DNA of 64,000 nucleotides, from NCBI GenBank assembly GCA_963801355.1, contig CAWDEM010000008.1:1408001-1472000 (forward strand). The letters run 5' to 3'. The notes below the pieces were generated by a model that was given only the letters and a program-made list of their open reading frames with translations, made no database searches and was not told the DNA's origin. The DNA is from Ignavibacteriota bacterium. GTDB taxonomy: Bacteria; Bacteroidota; Ignavibacteria; UBA10030; UBA6906. The stretch's first letter is position 1, and each line of letters starts with the position of its first letter. Made by a program: the position numbers and the translations under genes. This document shows positions 48,682 to 62,446 of this stretch, piece after piece.

Positions 48682-50790
48682 TCATCTGACGAGGAGCATC
48701 CGCTTCGTCGATACAAAACTCTGGCGTGAGCCTGTCGAAGGGTCCCCGGCGCTCATTCGACAGAAGTACACTCCACTCGACAGCCCGTCCGCATCAAACT
48801 CCATCGAATAGCTGCCCGCCTCCTTCTTTTCATCCATCAAGACTCTCACTTCCCTCCCAAGCATATCATACACGACCAGCCTTACCCAACTGGCTACTGG
48901 CAGCTGACTGCTGACCACTGTCTTTGGATTGAACGGGTTCGGGTAGTTCTGCAACAGGGCGAAGTCGCCGGGACTTTCTATCCCATCGGCCTCCACACCG
49001 GTGATCATCTCAGAGAGGGGTCGCATCCAGATTCCGGAGCCGCCGGTACCGACCAGGAGTCTTGTGCTGGTGGTGAAAAGTGTCCGCAGGTCAGAGGGAG
49101 TGAGACCGGTACCGATGTTGGTCCATGAGGTTCCGCCGTTAGTCGTCATGCGAATGCCGTAGGATGACGCCCCCGCGAACAGCGTCGTTCCACTGGTTGC
49201 GAGCACTGTTACATTCGGACCCAATCCCGAGGTGAGCGCTGACCAATTCGTCCCGTTGTTCGTTGACTTGAAGAGACCGCCGCCGTACGTCCCGGCGTAG
49301 ATGTCGGATCCACAGAGCGCAAGGGCGCGGATTTTCCTGACCGTGAGCCCCGTGTTCACCGGATTCCAGCTCGACCCGTTGTCTGTCGAGCGGAAGACAC
49401 CGCCGGTGTCAGCGCCCAAGAATATGTCCGCTCCTCGTGCGAGCAGTGCCTGAATTGTGTTATCGTTGAGACCAGCATTCGCAGCAGTCCAGGCATTCCC
49501 ATTATCGCTGGACCTGTACAGGCCAGAGCTCTGAGTTCCCGCAAACAGCAAGCCGTCTTTTGACGCGAGCGAATAGACCGTGTGTTCACCGATGCCGGAA
49601 TTCCGCGCCTCCCATGTCATGCCGTTGTCGGTCGAAACAAACACTCCTTTGAGATAGGAGCCTGCCCAAAGGTTAGTCTCTTTGCGGGCGAGAGCATACG
49701 TTGCCCACGGTTCGTTCCCTGGATCGGCTGGAGACCAGCTAGCGCCGTCATCGGTCGATCGATGAATACCGCCGATGTAAGAACCGGCTATGAGAGTTGT
49801 GCCACTCTGCACGAAGGAAAAAACACTAAGATTCGGGATCCCCGTCGATGACCGTCGCCATGTCGCTGCATTGTCGGTAGACCGGTATATCCCGCCGGAT
49901 TGAATCGCGACAAGCAACGCTCCACTCGTGGCAGCGAATGCCTGAACATAGACCCCCCTGAATGGCATGCCTGTATTCGCTTGCGTCCAGTTCGTACCAC
50001 TGTCTGTTGAACGATAGGGACCATTCCCGGTGCCTGCAAGAAGATCCGTCCCGACGGTCGTCAACGCAAACACGTTGAGTATAGCCAGTCCTGTATTCCT
50101 TGGTGACCAGCTCGCCCCGTTGTTCGTCGTCCGGAAGATGCCTCCGCCATAGGTTCCAACGAAGATCGAGGTTCCAACGGGCAGGATCGACCGCACCCAG
50201 ACAGTTGTCAATCCCGTGCTTCTCTGCTCCCAATGAGAGCCGTTATCGGTAGAGACAAACACGCCTCCATACCTCGTGCCTGCAAGCAGGATCGAACCCG
50301 ACACACCGAGGGCTTCGACTGAATCACTGGTCAAGCCGTTGTTGACCGGGGCCCACGAGGCACCATTGTCGGTTGATTTGTGCACTCCTCCGCCTTCAGT
50401 ACCCGCGAAGACGTTCTCACCGAGCTCTGCAAGCACTTTGACGGTGGTGTTGGTCAAGCCGGTGTTTGAGGCGCTCCAAGTGGTGCCGTCGTTGGTCGAT
50501 CGGAACAACCCTGCGGCAGTCCCTGCGAGAAGATACCCGCCTGATCGCTTCAATGACCAGATATTGAGACTCGTCAGTCCGGAACTTGCACCCATCCAGG
50601 TGACCCCATTGTCTGTTGAACGATAGACACCAGACTGATAGGTCCCAACATAGACATTCGACCCGTCGACTGTCAGACACCAGCAGGTGCCGCCGTACAC
50701 ACCGGCGCTCTGGGTCCAGCCCGCTGCAGCCTGCCCGCACGGCAGAGCAAATGCAGCCAGAATCAGGAGAGATTTCGCACTGTTCCGCAT
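48682..50790 (-). CDS. T9SS-secreted beta-propeller protein with 13 Asp-box repeats (paralog of 35429-37525)
   Basis: Signal peptide, 13 Asp boxes, GIWMRPLSEM linker, QNYPNPFNP CTD. Confidence 0.88.
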   Translation of the reverse strand: MRNSAKSLLILAAFALPCGQAAAGWTQSAGVYGGTCWCLTVDGSNVYVGTYQSGVYRSTDNGVTWMGASSGLTSLNIWSLKRSGGYLLAGTAAGLFRSTNDGTTWSASNTGLTNTTVKVLAELGENVFAGTEGGGVHKSTDNGASWAPVNNGLTSDSVEALGVSGSILLAGTRYGGVFVSTDNGSHWEQRSTGLTTVWVRSILPVGTSIFVGTYGGGIFRTTNNGASWSPRNTGLAILNVFALTTVGTDLLAGTGNGPYRSTDSGTNWTQANTGMPFRGVYVQAFAATSGALLVAIQSGGIYRSTDNAATWRRSSTGIPNLSVFSFVQSGTTLIAGSYIGGIHRSTDDGASWSPADPGNEPWATYALARKETNLWAGSYLKGVFVSTDNGMTWEARNSGIGEHTVYSLASKDGLLFAGTQSSGLYRSSDNGNAWTAANAGLNDNTIQALLARGADIFLGADTGGVFRSTDNGSSWNPVNTGLTVRKIRALALCGSDIYAGTYGGGLFKSTNNGTNWSALTSGLGPNVTVLATSGTTLFAGASSYGIRMTTNGGTSWTNIGTGLTPSDLRTLFTTSTRLLVGTGGSGIWMRPLSEMITGVEADGIESPGDFALLQNYPNPFNPKTVVSSQLPVASWVRLVVYDMLGREVRVLMDEKKEAGSYSMEFDADGLSSGVYFCRMSAGDPSTGSRQSFVSTKRMLLVR

Positions 50791-51056
50791 AGGTTCTCCT
50801 CTCGTGTCATTTCGTGCTCAGAGATGACGGCAATATAGCGTGTGTGGGTGACTTTTTCCAACTATCACATTCCGTTCATATAATAGTAGTGATGATGCAA
50901 CTCAACCAGAACAGCACTCCTGCACACAGCACCTCGTGTCTTCTCCGGTTCACCTGGCTACGGCATCTATTGCTGCTCCCCTGATGCGGTTGCTGACTAT
51001 CACCCAACGCGACACATTCACATCGACGAGGGACAGGACTCCGTGGCAGGCGCCGC

Positions 51057-53009
51057 TCAGAACGAATACCGAAGGCCAACCCGCAATCGCCACCTCGACA
51101 GCAAGGGTTCCGGAACCAGAGGGGACGTTCTCGGCGCCCATTGGAACCCAGGAAAGCCGACGCGGATGGTCCGGAGTACGGGGACGACGTTGTTCGGAAC
51201 CGTCTGAACCAGTCCCCAGGACGCATTCAGAAGATTGAGTACGTTCAGCAATTCTGCACTGACTTCGAGCCGGCGGCTCCCGGCCAACGGCACGCATTGC
51301 GCAATGCGCATGTCCAGTTGATGTATCCAGGGAGTCCGCGCACCGTTCCTCTCTGCTAACCGTCCACGGTGCGTGTTGAGGTACTCGTCTTTTGCGATGA
51401 AATTGAAAAGCTCCGCATAGTCCGAAATGTTAGGATCGTCGTAAAAGAGCCGTTCTTCGGATCCACGATAAAGCATGATTTCCGTTCTTTGGCCCGGAAT
51501 GTAGATAAGATCGTTGAGCGATTCGCCATCCCCATTCAAGTCGCCTTCATACACGTATGAATACGGCGTGCCTGAGATTCCGGTATAGACCATGCCGAAT
51601 GTCGTCGGAAAACCGGGGAACCACTCGTGCTGGTAGGATAACGCCGCAGTGATGCGATGACTCCTGTCAAAGGCGGAGAAGTCTATTGTCGGATCGTTCG
51701 GTTGAACGGCGGGATTGTACCGCCACTGGTCATAGGCATTGTCCCATGTGCCGCTGTTAATATCCTTCGAGCTGCCAGTACCGTACGCCAGGCTGGCAAA
51801 AAGACCGTTACCGGCCGGACGGCGTTGGATCTGAATCGTGTGAAATGTCGTGACCCCGCCAGAGGCGTTCGCCATGAGCATGGCGTCAGTAAACCGGTCA
51901 TCGCTCTTCTTGAAGATCACCCTTTCATATCCACTCCCAGGTGTCGGCATATACTGGGCTGCATACTTCATGGTGTCTATAGGCCTGAGGTTGATGTTTC
52001 TGAACACCACGCCGTTGAGTGTCCGGGAAAACACCGATTCGAACGATGCAACAATATTCCATGGCAACGCAAGGTCCCCCGCAAGAGTCCAGCGCACCTC
52101 CTGCGGAAGGACGAAGTCCGGGGTGATCGTGACAATTTCCATCGTCTCCCGCAGACGGTTGGCAGCTCCGGGCACCGGCTGCGCCGATGGATCGGCGACG
52201 AACTTCGGCGCAAAGGCCGATTCTTTGATATGCACATAGTCCAAGCCTGTGTGGTCATACAGATTGTCGATCCATGCATAGGGAATGTGTCCGGTAAACA
52301 CCCCCACCCCACCCCGCACCTGTACCGAATGATCGGGCTTCGGATCGATCTTGAATCCGATTCGCGGAGACAGCATGACGCGTGTGCCGGGGACCCGCGT
52401 GGTCGAGAGATCGTATCCCTCGGGCAAAAATGCTTCGTGAACGGTGGGGTTGTCCTTCGGTCGGTCGGGAAACACAGGAACATCCGCACGAATCCCCAGG
52501 GACACCGAGAGGACGGGAGAGAGCGTCAATTCGTCCTGCAGGAACGCATCCACGCGCGCATTCTCGTATGATCTGAAAAAGAGCGCTGCTCTCACTTGTG
52601 TACCGAATCCAACATGCGAGATTCTGAGAGTGTACGGACCGCCGACACGGACGCCGGCAATGAGGTAGTGTCCGTCGTCTCCTGCGGCGACTCTGTACGT
52701 GGTACCCGTCGGTTCATACAGGAGTTCAATGTGTGCGCGCGGTATCCCTGATCCATCGGCGGCATAGACGTTGCCCTGCAGAAACGCCGAGCTGGAAGTT
52801 TGGCTCTGGAGAAGGACGGGAGTGAGGAGGATGATCAGCAGGATCTGGTAACGGGAAGGGACACGGAATGAACTATGGCAATGATGAATTGCCGCACTTG
52901 AGATTTGCTGCAGAATGCGTTGTAGATACGTCTTCGGGCCATCGGTGGTTTCTGCATCACGGTCGGCCAGCGCGGTACTTGCCCATCTCAGTTTCGACTT
53001 TTTTTCCAT
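51057..53009 (-). pseudogene. Oar-like TonB-dependent receptor with large in-frame internal deletion
   Basis: CarboxypepD-like N-domain (GVRVGGPYTLRIS) joined directly to mid-barrel AFLQDE..SLGIRAD, LSPRIGF, RGGVGVF, GDLNGDG, C-terminal GLRYSF; plug domain absent; start uncertain. Confidence 0.68.
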
Positions 53010-53019
53010 TTCCTTGCCA

Positions 53020-53397
53020 CTACCGGGAGATATACCCTCCGCCCGGGTCCAGCTTATAGCGAATCATAACCGCTTTTGCCCACTGCCTGTAAGCCTCTGG
53101 GGTTTCCTGATCGTAGAACTCGATCTTTATCAGCGCGTCAGCCCCAGCCGCTTTGGCAGATTTTTTCATGTCTTCGAGGAGCATGTCTTTCGAGGTGACT
53201 TTCCCGATACCCTCTGCTTCCACATAGCCGATCTCAACGTACTGCCAAAGGATAGCGGAGAGATCGTCAACGATGGACAAATACTGCGTTGGAGGATATT
53301 CTGTATCGTCGAAGCGCACGACCTGCGCCGAATGGCATCCAGAGAGAAAAAGGAGAAGAAACGCTAGGGCAAAGAGCCTTGATTCCACATCAAACAT
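53020..53397 (-). CDS. Lipoprotein, YbjQ-like fold
   Basis: LLLFLSG-C lipobox; YVEIGYV..MKKSAKAAGADALI. Confidence 0.7.
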   Translation of the reverse strand: MFDVESRLFALAFLLLFLSGCHSAQVVRFDDTEYPPTQYLSIVDDLSAILWQYVEIGYVEAEGIGKVTSKDMLLEDMKKSAKAAGADALIKIEFYDQETPEAYRQWAKAVMIRYKLDPGGGYISR

Positions 53398-53552
53398 CTC
53401 AGGAATCCAACAATGTTTTCGTAAGGGACACCAATACTTGCGATCGCGGTTCAATGCACCAGCCCACGTGGAGCGCAACAGCAAAATATGAAGGGGGATC
53501 TGGATAGTCAATTATTGCGGGCATTGGGGTCGCGTGTTACCGCGGGAGGCGC

Positions 53553-54593
53553 CTACCGCGTGAACACCACCGCCCCGGCCGTGAAGCCCGCCGGCGGACT
53601 GCTCCCGGCGTACGTCTCCACCTTGAGTCGGTTGCCCGAGAGCACTTGCGCCATCAGACCGCCACCCCCCGGCGACCCGCCCAGTAGGTTCTGCGCGAAC
53701 CCGTAGACCACCATGCCCTGCGACGTGCTGACATCAGCGGGATCCGGCGCAAGTGCGTCGACACTGAAGAGTCCGGCGACCGAGAGCGTCCCGCCAATGG
53801 AAATCCGCACCGAGGTGGGTTCAAACATGTCGTACACGATCGAAAGCTGTTTTGTCCCGGCACTCTGGACGACACTGGACTCGCCGTCGGGGAGCCCCTC
53901 CAGGAACCAGTTTCCCACCAGCCTGCCGGGAATGTCGTAGTCGATCCTCCCGTCCTTGTCGGGGCTGTTCCGGCGGTTTCTTGCGTACAGGGAATCACGC
54001 AGCGGGCGCGGGAAGTAGCCGTAGGCAGCCACGATGTGCAGCATCTTCGCGGGATAGCGCTCCGGCCTCGCGAATCCGGTCCGCGTCACTTCGGTGTTCA
54101 CCACCTCGAAATCCACAGCGTTGGACGCCGGACTGGTGGTGGCGATCGGCATTCCCGCGGTCAACCTCTGGCCCGCCTTGAGCCCCGGCATCACGAGTAT
54201 GTCGTACATCAAGAACGAGAAGGTCTCGGTCATCTTGACGTCGATCCCGCCTTCATTGGTGATCGCGTTCGGGGGGTATATGTTCATCAAAATGCCGTCG
54301 CCGGGCGCGTACACGGTCCGCATCGTGTCCTTATCTCCCGGGCGGCGGTTGGAAGGGTCGACGTAGTAGAAGACGACATGACCGGTCGGCAGCGTGTGAT
54401 CTGGGGGGTAGAGGTTCCCCAGGGGAGTCGTGGCCACGAGGTCCGACAGCTTGAGAGGGGAGTGGGTAAAAACACCGGGCCCTGTCAGCCCGGTATCGAC
54501 TGACAGGTCCACCGGGCTTGAATCGTTCTTGTGGCAGTCAAGGGCCAAGCAGTAAGGGAGAAGCTTGCAGATGACACGAATCCAGTCCTTCAT
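53553..54593 (-). CDS. Hypothetical exported protein with M23-like region
   Basis: PLGNL..HTLPTGH, VYAPGDG, GQRLTAG, DIPGRLVGNWF; GAGG RBS. Confidence 0.65.
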   Translation of the reverse strand: MKDWIRVICKLLPYCLALDCHKNDSSPVDLSVDTGLTGPGVFTHSPLKLSDLVATTPLGNLYPPDHTLPTGHVVFYYVDPSNRRPGDKDTMRTVYAPGDGILMNIYPPNAITNEGGIDVKMTETFSFLMYDILVMPGLKAGQRLTAGMPIATTSPASNAVDFEVVNTEVTRTGFARPERYPAKMLHIVAAYGYFPRPLRDSLYARNRRNSPDKDGRIDYDIPGRLVGNWFLEGLPDGESSVVQSAGTKQLSIVYDMFEPTSVRISIGGTLSVAGLFSVDALAPDPADVSTSQGMVVYGFAQNLLGGSPGGGGLMAQVLSGNRLKVETYAGSSPPAGFTAGAVVFTR

Positions 54594-55108
54594 GGCCAGC
54601 GCCTCTTCACAATCTCATCTGGGTCAAATATAGCCAATCCGGACTGTTCTCGCAACTTTGGACTGTGCACCAACACCGGCGGCAAAGAAAAAGAAGTCTC
54701 GGCGTCGAAGAAGTGAAAGATGGACGGCTTGATTTCGCTGCGAACGACATCTTGACGACGGACAGCGTCCTCAGGGCTGCTTTCTAAAGCAAGATCTCAG
54801 GACTGTAGAGGTCAGATGGAAGAAGTCCCCCACAGGATGAATTCCACCAGATCCTCCCTATTTCTCCCCCGGAGGGGCCATCTCACACATCACCTGCATT
54901 CCAATAGGTGTTGAGGGTATTCTGTCCAAACGCACGATGGCCTGTCCATACTTCGTATCGAGTCGTTCAAGCCGGTCTTCTGTGCGAAAATCTCGCGGAC
55001 CGACATAGGGAGAAATTGAAAAGTACTAGATCGAGTTACGCGATGATCGATTCCGGGCCGGACATTTGGTGTGTCGCCCGCACGGAACAATATATGTATT
55101 CAGTGGAA

Positions 55109-58345
<3,237 letters not shown>

Positions 58346-58388
58346 TCACTGCTCGAGAAATACTTCGGCAAACGAAGAGTCTGGTTCC

Positions 58389-61151
58389 TTATTTGGTCAC
58401 TCCATGCACCGGTGTCAGTGTCACGGGGCCCAGGAGGCCGGAATCATAGAGCGGCCAGTTGGCTGCGTCGAAAGGTTTGTAGTTTATGTCGACGAAGTTT
58501 ATGTCCTGGAAGATTTTCCATTGCACGTGGCGCCTATCCAAGTCCCGGATGCGATTTGCTGAGCCATTGGTCACTTCGACTTCGAGACGGTTGCCGGTTG
58601 GCTTCAGCTCGACTGCGACCCTGAACGGCGGCGTGATGAGAATCCCGAGGTTCCGGCTGTTCAGTCGGACACGAGCGCTCTGGCAAACGCTCCCGAGGTC
58701 AAGGAGGTAGCGTCCGCCACGATGTCCCGGAGCGTCGAAGATGATAGAGTAGCGAGCAGTCCCGGCAAAGCACTGGGCATTCGTGTCGCTGCGTGCCGTC
58801 CATGTCCCGAGCTTTGCCGTCTTGAATGGTGCGGGAAGTACCGGTCCCCCCTGCATGAACTTCACTTGCCAGTCACCGGTAACTTCTTCAGGGGAGCCGT
58901 CAGCTTGCAGGTAAGTCCACGCCGGTCCACTCACGCGGCGATTCGCGAAGACCCTCAGTACTATCGACGCGCCATGGTGCAGTTGCAGATGGATCTCTGC
59001 TCGCCCGGCAATGTGTCGTAAGGTCGCCAGGCCCGTAGTCCCGGTAAGCGGATCCATGAGGACGACGGAACGTGCGGGACGGCCGAGCGGTACCCAGCCG
59101 TCGAAGTCCCTACCATGACGATTGGCAATGAAATAGTACCAACTGCCCGCAGAGACTCGGCGAATGAAGAAGAGGCCGGTGGTATCGGTCATAGTCTCAC
59201 GAACGACCCCTGCACGTGATAGTGCTGTCTCGCCTTCTCCCACAAGAATTCTGCCTTCGCCGAGTGCTGCTTCCTGCAGCTTCTCGCCGACAGAGACAAG
59301 ATGGACTTGAGTCATCAGTTTCTTGAACTCCTCGCGGTCGGAGGCCAGGTGCCCCCAACCCGGCACATCGTTGGGCAGGTGCGATTCGAAGATAATCGTG
59401 GCGCCGGATCTCGCGAGAGACAACATTTGACGGAGCGTGCGTACGGGCATGAGCTCGCAGGGCGGCGACAGCACAACGCGGTATGTTCCGCCGGGGACAC
59501 GGATGCCCTGGGAAACGATTTCGGCCGCCTCCAACTGCCTGTCCGAGACATAATCGAATGACCAACCGTGATCCCACAAATCATGAGCCGTGAGGCCGAC
59601 AGGCTGACCCGAGAACCAGGCCGTATCGCCTATGGTCATGTGCGGCAGCATGCCTTCCGGATTATTCCAGAGATCCGAGATCGGCCAGTACAGGAGAATA
59701 TCGTTGTCAGGCCCCCCCGACTGCAACACACTCTGACATCTCGCCACATATGCATTGAGTTCGGAAACATCGTGCCAGATGGAGTTACGCGGATTCATTT
59801 GAGTGGACGCATAGAAAAGCCAGCCAGGCCAGCGTGCTCCAACGGGCGAATAACATGTACCATGATAGAAGACATGGTTGATGCCGGCAATGAACAGGTC
59901 GTCGACAAGATCCTTCAACTGGGCCAGAGTCACGGTAAAATGCTCAGCGAGCCACGTGCCTGTTTCGGCACCAGTGTAAGGATGCCCGGCTACATGAGCG
60001 GCGGAAGAGGCAAACTTGGAGACCAACGGGTTCCGGTCGAGGCGGAACACTTCGGTCTCGGGAATGTCCGCGTCGGCATACAGGTCCAGCCAATTGGCAG
60101 GTGCGCCGTGAGCCTGGTATGACGTCAGGAATCCATGACGGTGGGCCCAGTCCATCCACATCGGACCGGTTGTCGTTGTCATGAGATCGGATACGGTCTC
60201 GCGGTAATCGGATTTCACGCGTGCGACCTCGTCGGCGGGAGCGTTTCCAAAGAGTGCCGGCAGGAAGTTCTGCAGCTTGTAGCCGCGCAACTTCTCGAAC
60301 TCGACGAAGAAATCGGGAGACCAGTTGCACTGGTACTCGTAGGAATCCTGGAACACGGCATGCGGCCCAGGCCCTGTATAGCGGTGGAAGGAACTGTCGA
60401 ACCATGCCAGATAACGGCGCATTGCAGGTGCATAGAGAGGATTGAGCATCGGGCCGTGACCGCCGGGCCCGGCGCGCTTCACGTTCTGACCGGAGAACCG
60501 CTGTGAGACCCCATACAGATGCCACTTCCCGGGCGGAGCCGTCCAATTCACCTTGCCGTCGGCCTCAATCTTTTTTGTCAAGTCTACCGTTTGCCCATTC
60601 GGCCCAAAAGCCATCAACGACTGTGTCGCCGTCGGTGACAACGAATCGCTGAGTTCCTGTCCGCCGGAAAGGTCGTAGGTCTTCACGACAACGAAGGCGT
60701 TGGCATACTCCCCGCTTGTCGCCGGCCCCCCAAAGTTCCAGCCTGTCTCAAGCGCCATGTCTACACCCATGCCGAGCCGGCGGGCCTTCTCGACGGTGTA
60801 CCCCATCATTTTCATCCATTCGGGTGAAAGGAATTCAATAAAGTGTGACTCCCATCCATCTACGCCATAAATGGGGATGATCTGCACACCGCCGAGTCCA
60901 GCTTTCTGAAGCATTCTCAATTGGCGGGCAATGTCGGACGAGTCCACAGCGCTTCCGGGCCACCACCACCAGGTCCATGGCTTCGCCCGCCGCGTTATCG
61001 TGGGCCATGAAAAGGGGTGGGCTGGCGAGTGTTCCTGAGCCACTGCTACCGGCACCAGTTCAAACAGACTGCCAGCAACGATGAACAGAGCAGTCAGGGT
61101 TGTTCGCAGCGAAAGGAACTGTGCCCTTACGTATTTGAAGTTATCCGGCAT
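58389..61151 (-). CDS. GH106 alpha-L-rhamnosidase-like glycoside hydrolase
   Basis: KPWTWWWWPGS, IIPIYG, DSYE, QAHGAP, DIPETE, AETGTW, YHG, SGLLGPV. Confidence 0.85.
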   Translation of the reverse strand: MPDNFKYVRAQFLSLRTTLTALFIVAGSLFELVPVAVAQEHSPAHPFSWPTITRRAKPWTWWWWPGSAVDSSDIARQLRMLQKAGLGGVQIIPIYGVDGWESHFIEFLSPEWMKMMGYTVEKARRLGMGVDMALETGWNFGGPATSGEYANAFVVVKTYDLSGGQELSDSLSPTATQSLMAFGPNGQTVDLTKKIEADGKVNWTAPPGKWHLYGVSQRFSGQNVKRAGPGGHGPMLNPLYAPAMRRYLAWFDSSFHRYTGPGPHAVFQDSYEYQCNWSPDFFVEFEKLRGYKLQNFLPALFGNAPADEVARVKSDYRETVSDLMTTTTGPMWMDWAHRHGFLTSYQAHGAPANWLDLYADADIPETEVFRLDRNPLVSKFASSAAHVAGHPYTGAETGTWLAEHFTVTLAQLKDLVDDLFIAGINHVFYHGTCYSPVGARWPGWLFYASTQMNPRNSIWHDVSELNAYVARCQSVLQSGGPDNDILLYWPISDLWNNPEGMLPHMTIGDTAWFSGQPVGLTAHDLWDHGWSFDYVSDRQLEAAEIVSQGIRVPGGTYRVVLSPPCELMPVRTLRQMLSLARSGATIIFESHLPNDVPGWGHLASDREEFKKLMTQVHLVSVGEKLQEAALGEGRILVGEGETALSRAGVVRETMTDTTGLFFIRRVSAGSWYYFIANRHGRDFDGWVPLGRPARSVVLMDPLTGTTGLATLRHIAGRAEIHLQLHHGASIVLRVFANRRVSGPAWTYLQADGSPEEVTGDWQVKFMQGGPVLPAPFKTAKLGTWTARSDTNAQCFAGTARYSIIFDAPGHRGGRYLLDLGSVCQSARVRLNSRNLGILITPPFRVAVELKPTGNRLEVEVTNGSANRIRDLDRRHVQWKIFQDINFVDINYKPFDAANWPLYDSGLLGPVTLTPVHGVTK

Positions 61152-61240
61152 GTGACGTGGATGCGATTGTCAGAATTGCACCGTCCATGAACTTTGATCA
61201 GTTCGAGCAGAGGACTCTTCTACGACAACATTGTTGGAAG

Positions 61241-62365
61241 TCATTTCGAAGCCAGTTTGTATACCTCGCTACCCGCCAGGAGAAAGCAGCCAAGACCATA
61301 GTCCCGGAAATCAGGGAGATGATCGTATCCGACGGGCTGTCCGTCGCTGGGCTGTTTTCCGGTTCCCTGTACGTATCCAAGCATTCCATCTGGATGAAGT
61401 GCTTCGTTTGCGAGACCGTTCCATGCTTTTGCTATCGCAGGCATATATGTTTTTCGGTCAAGCCAACCCTTCTGAACACCCCATGCCATTCCATAAAGGA
61501 ACAAGGACGTACCGCTGGTCTCTTTACCGCCGAAATGTTCCGGGTCTTTCAGGCTCACATTCCAAAAACCGTCTTTACGCTGAAGCCGCACCAAGGCTTT
61601 CATCATGGCAAGGTAAGTTTTCTTGTAGTCCCTGTAACCTACAGTCGTTCTCGGAATTGTTTCCAGCACGCGCACCAAGGCGGCTACTACCCAGCCGTTT
61701 CCACGTGACCAATAACAGTACTGACCGTTGGGCTCCTTATAGGGTGGGAGAAATGTATTATCCCTCCACCAGAGACCTTCCCGAGAATTAAACAACATTT
61801 TCTTGGTATGCGTGTGCATCTCATACATTCGCTTAAAATAACGGTCGTCGTGAAATACTACTCCAAGTTGTGCAAATACAGGCATCGCCATCTGCATGGC
61901 GTCTATCCATGACCAATCATCTATCTTGTCGGTAGCAATCATGCTGTCGATGCACTCTTTGATGTATTTGACCTTTTCCTCCTCTTTATCCATTCTGTAT
62001 AACGCTATGTACGTTTGACCGCAGCATTGATTGTCGGCATCACGGGTTTTAATATCATACGCCGGTTGCCATTTATGGGATCTGCCCCATTCTTGAGCAT
62101 ACGTAAGGTACTCCTGCTTCGGATCAATTCCGTGTAATGCCAATAGTCCTTCGTAGTAGACACTGCGAGTCCAGATGTTGCTCGGTCTCGTGATATTCGT
62201 AACGATCGGCTGGGAAGGATCGGGATATTCTTTCATGAAATGATCGTTGGCAAGAACCATCTTCTTCAAAATCGAAGCCTTGTCGGGCAATGCCACGGAA
62301 ACAGCATTTTGACAGGTAACAGCTACTAAAGCGGTCAAGAGCATAATGTATTTTGACGTAGTCAT
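61241..62365 (-). CDS. GH105/GH88 unsaturated (rhamno)galacturonyl hydrolase
   Basis: ADNQCCGQ, WSWIDAMQMA, WSRGNGW, ETSGTSLF, LGYVQ, YGLGCFLLA. Confidence 0.9.
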   Translation of the reverse strand: MTTSKYIMLLTALVAVTCQNAVSVALPDKASILKKMVLANDHFMKEYPDPSQPIVTNITRPSNIWTRSVYYEGLLALHGIDPKQEYLTYAQEWGRSHKWQPAYDIKTRDADNQCCGQTYIALYRMDKEEEKVKYIKECIDSMIATDKIDDWSWIDAMQMAMPVFAQLGVVFHDDRYFKRMYEMHTHTKKMLFNSREGLWWRDNTFLPPYKEPNGQYCYWSRGNGWVVAALVRVLETIPRTTVGYRDYKKTYLAMMKALVRLQRKDGFWNVSLKDPEHFGGKETSGTSLFLYGMAWGVQKGWLDRKTYMPAIAKAWNGLANEALHPDGMLGYVQGTGKQPSDGQPVGYDHLPDFRDYGLGCFLLAGSEVYKLASK

Positions 62366-62446
62366 GATTTGGCCTCATCGTAATAAATGGATCGTATGAT
62401 CGATTCACATACTTGCTGTTTCGGGCTCACAGAGATTGACACCATT

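Noticed and set aside
35429-50790. Diversity-generating retroelement acting on the propeller paralogs
   Set aside because: No reverse transcriptase and no template/variable repeat pair differing only at adenines was seen.
50900-51050. SAM-I riboswitch-like words (gcaacc, ggtgct) on the minus strand
   Set aside because: P1 and core consensus are missing and the downstream gene is unrelated.
54600-55105. Small ORFs or ncRNA in a 500-bp gap
   Set aside because: No recognisable motif, RBS or stable structure seen.
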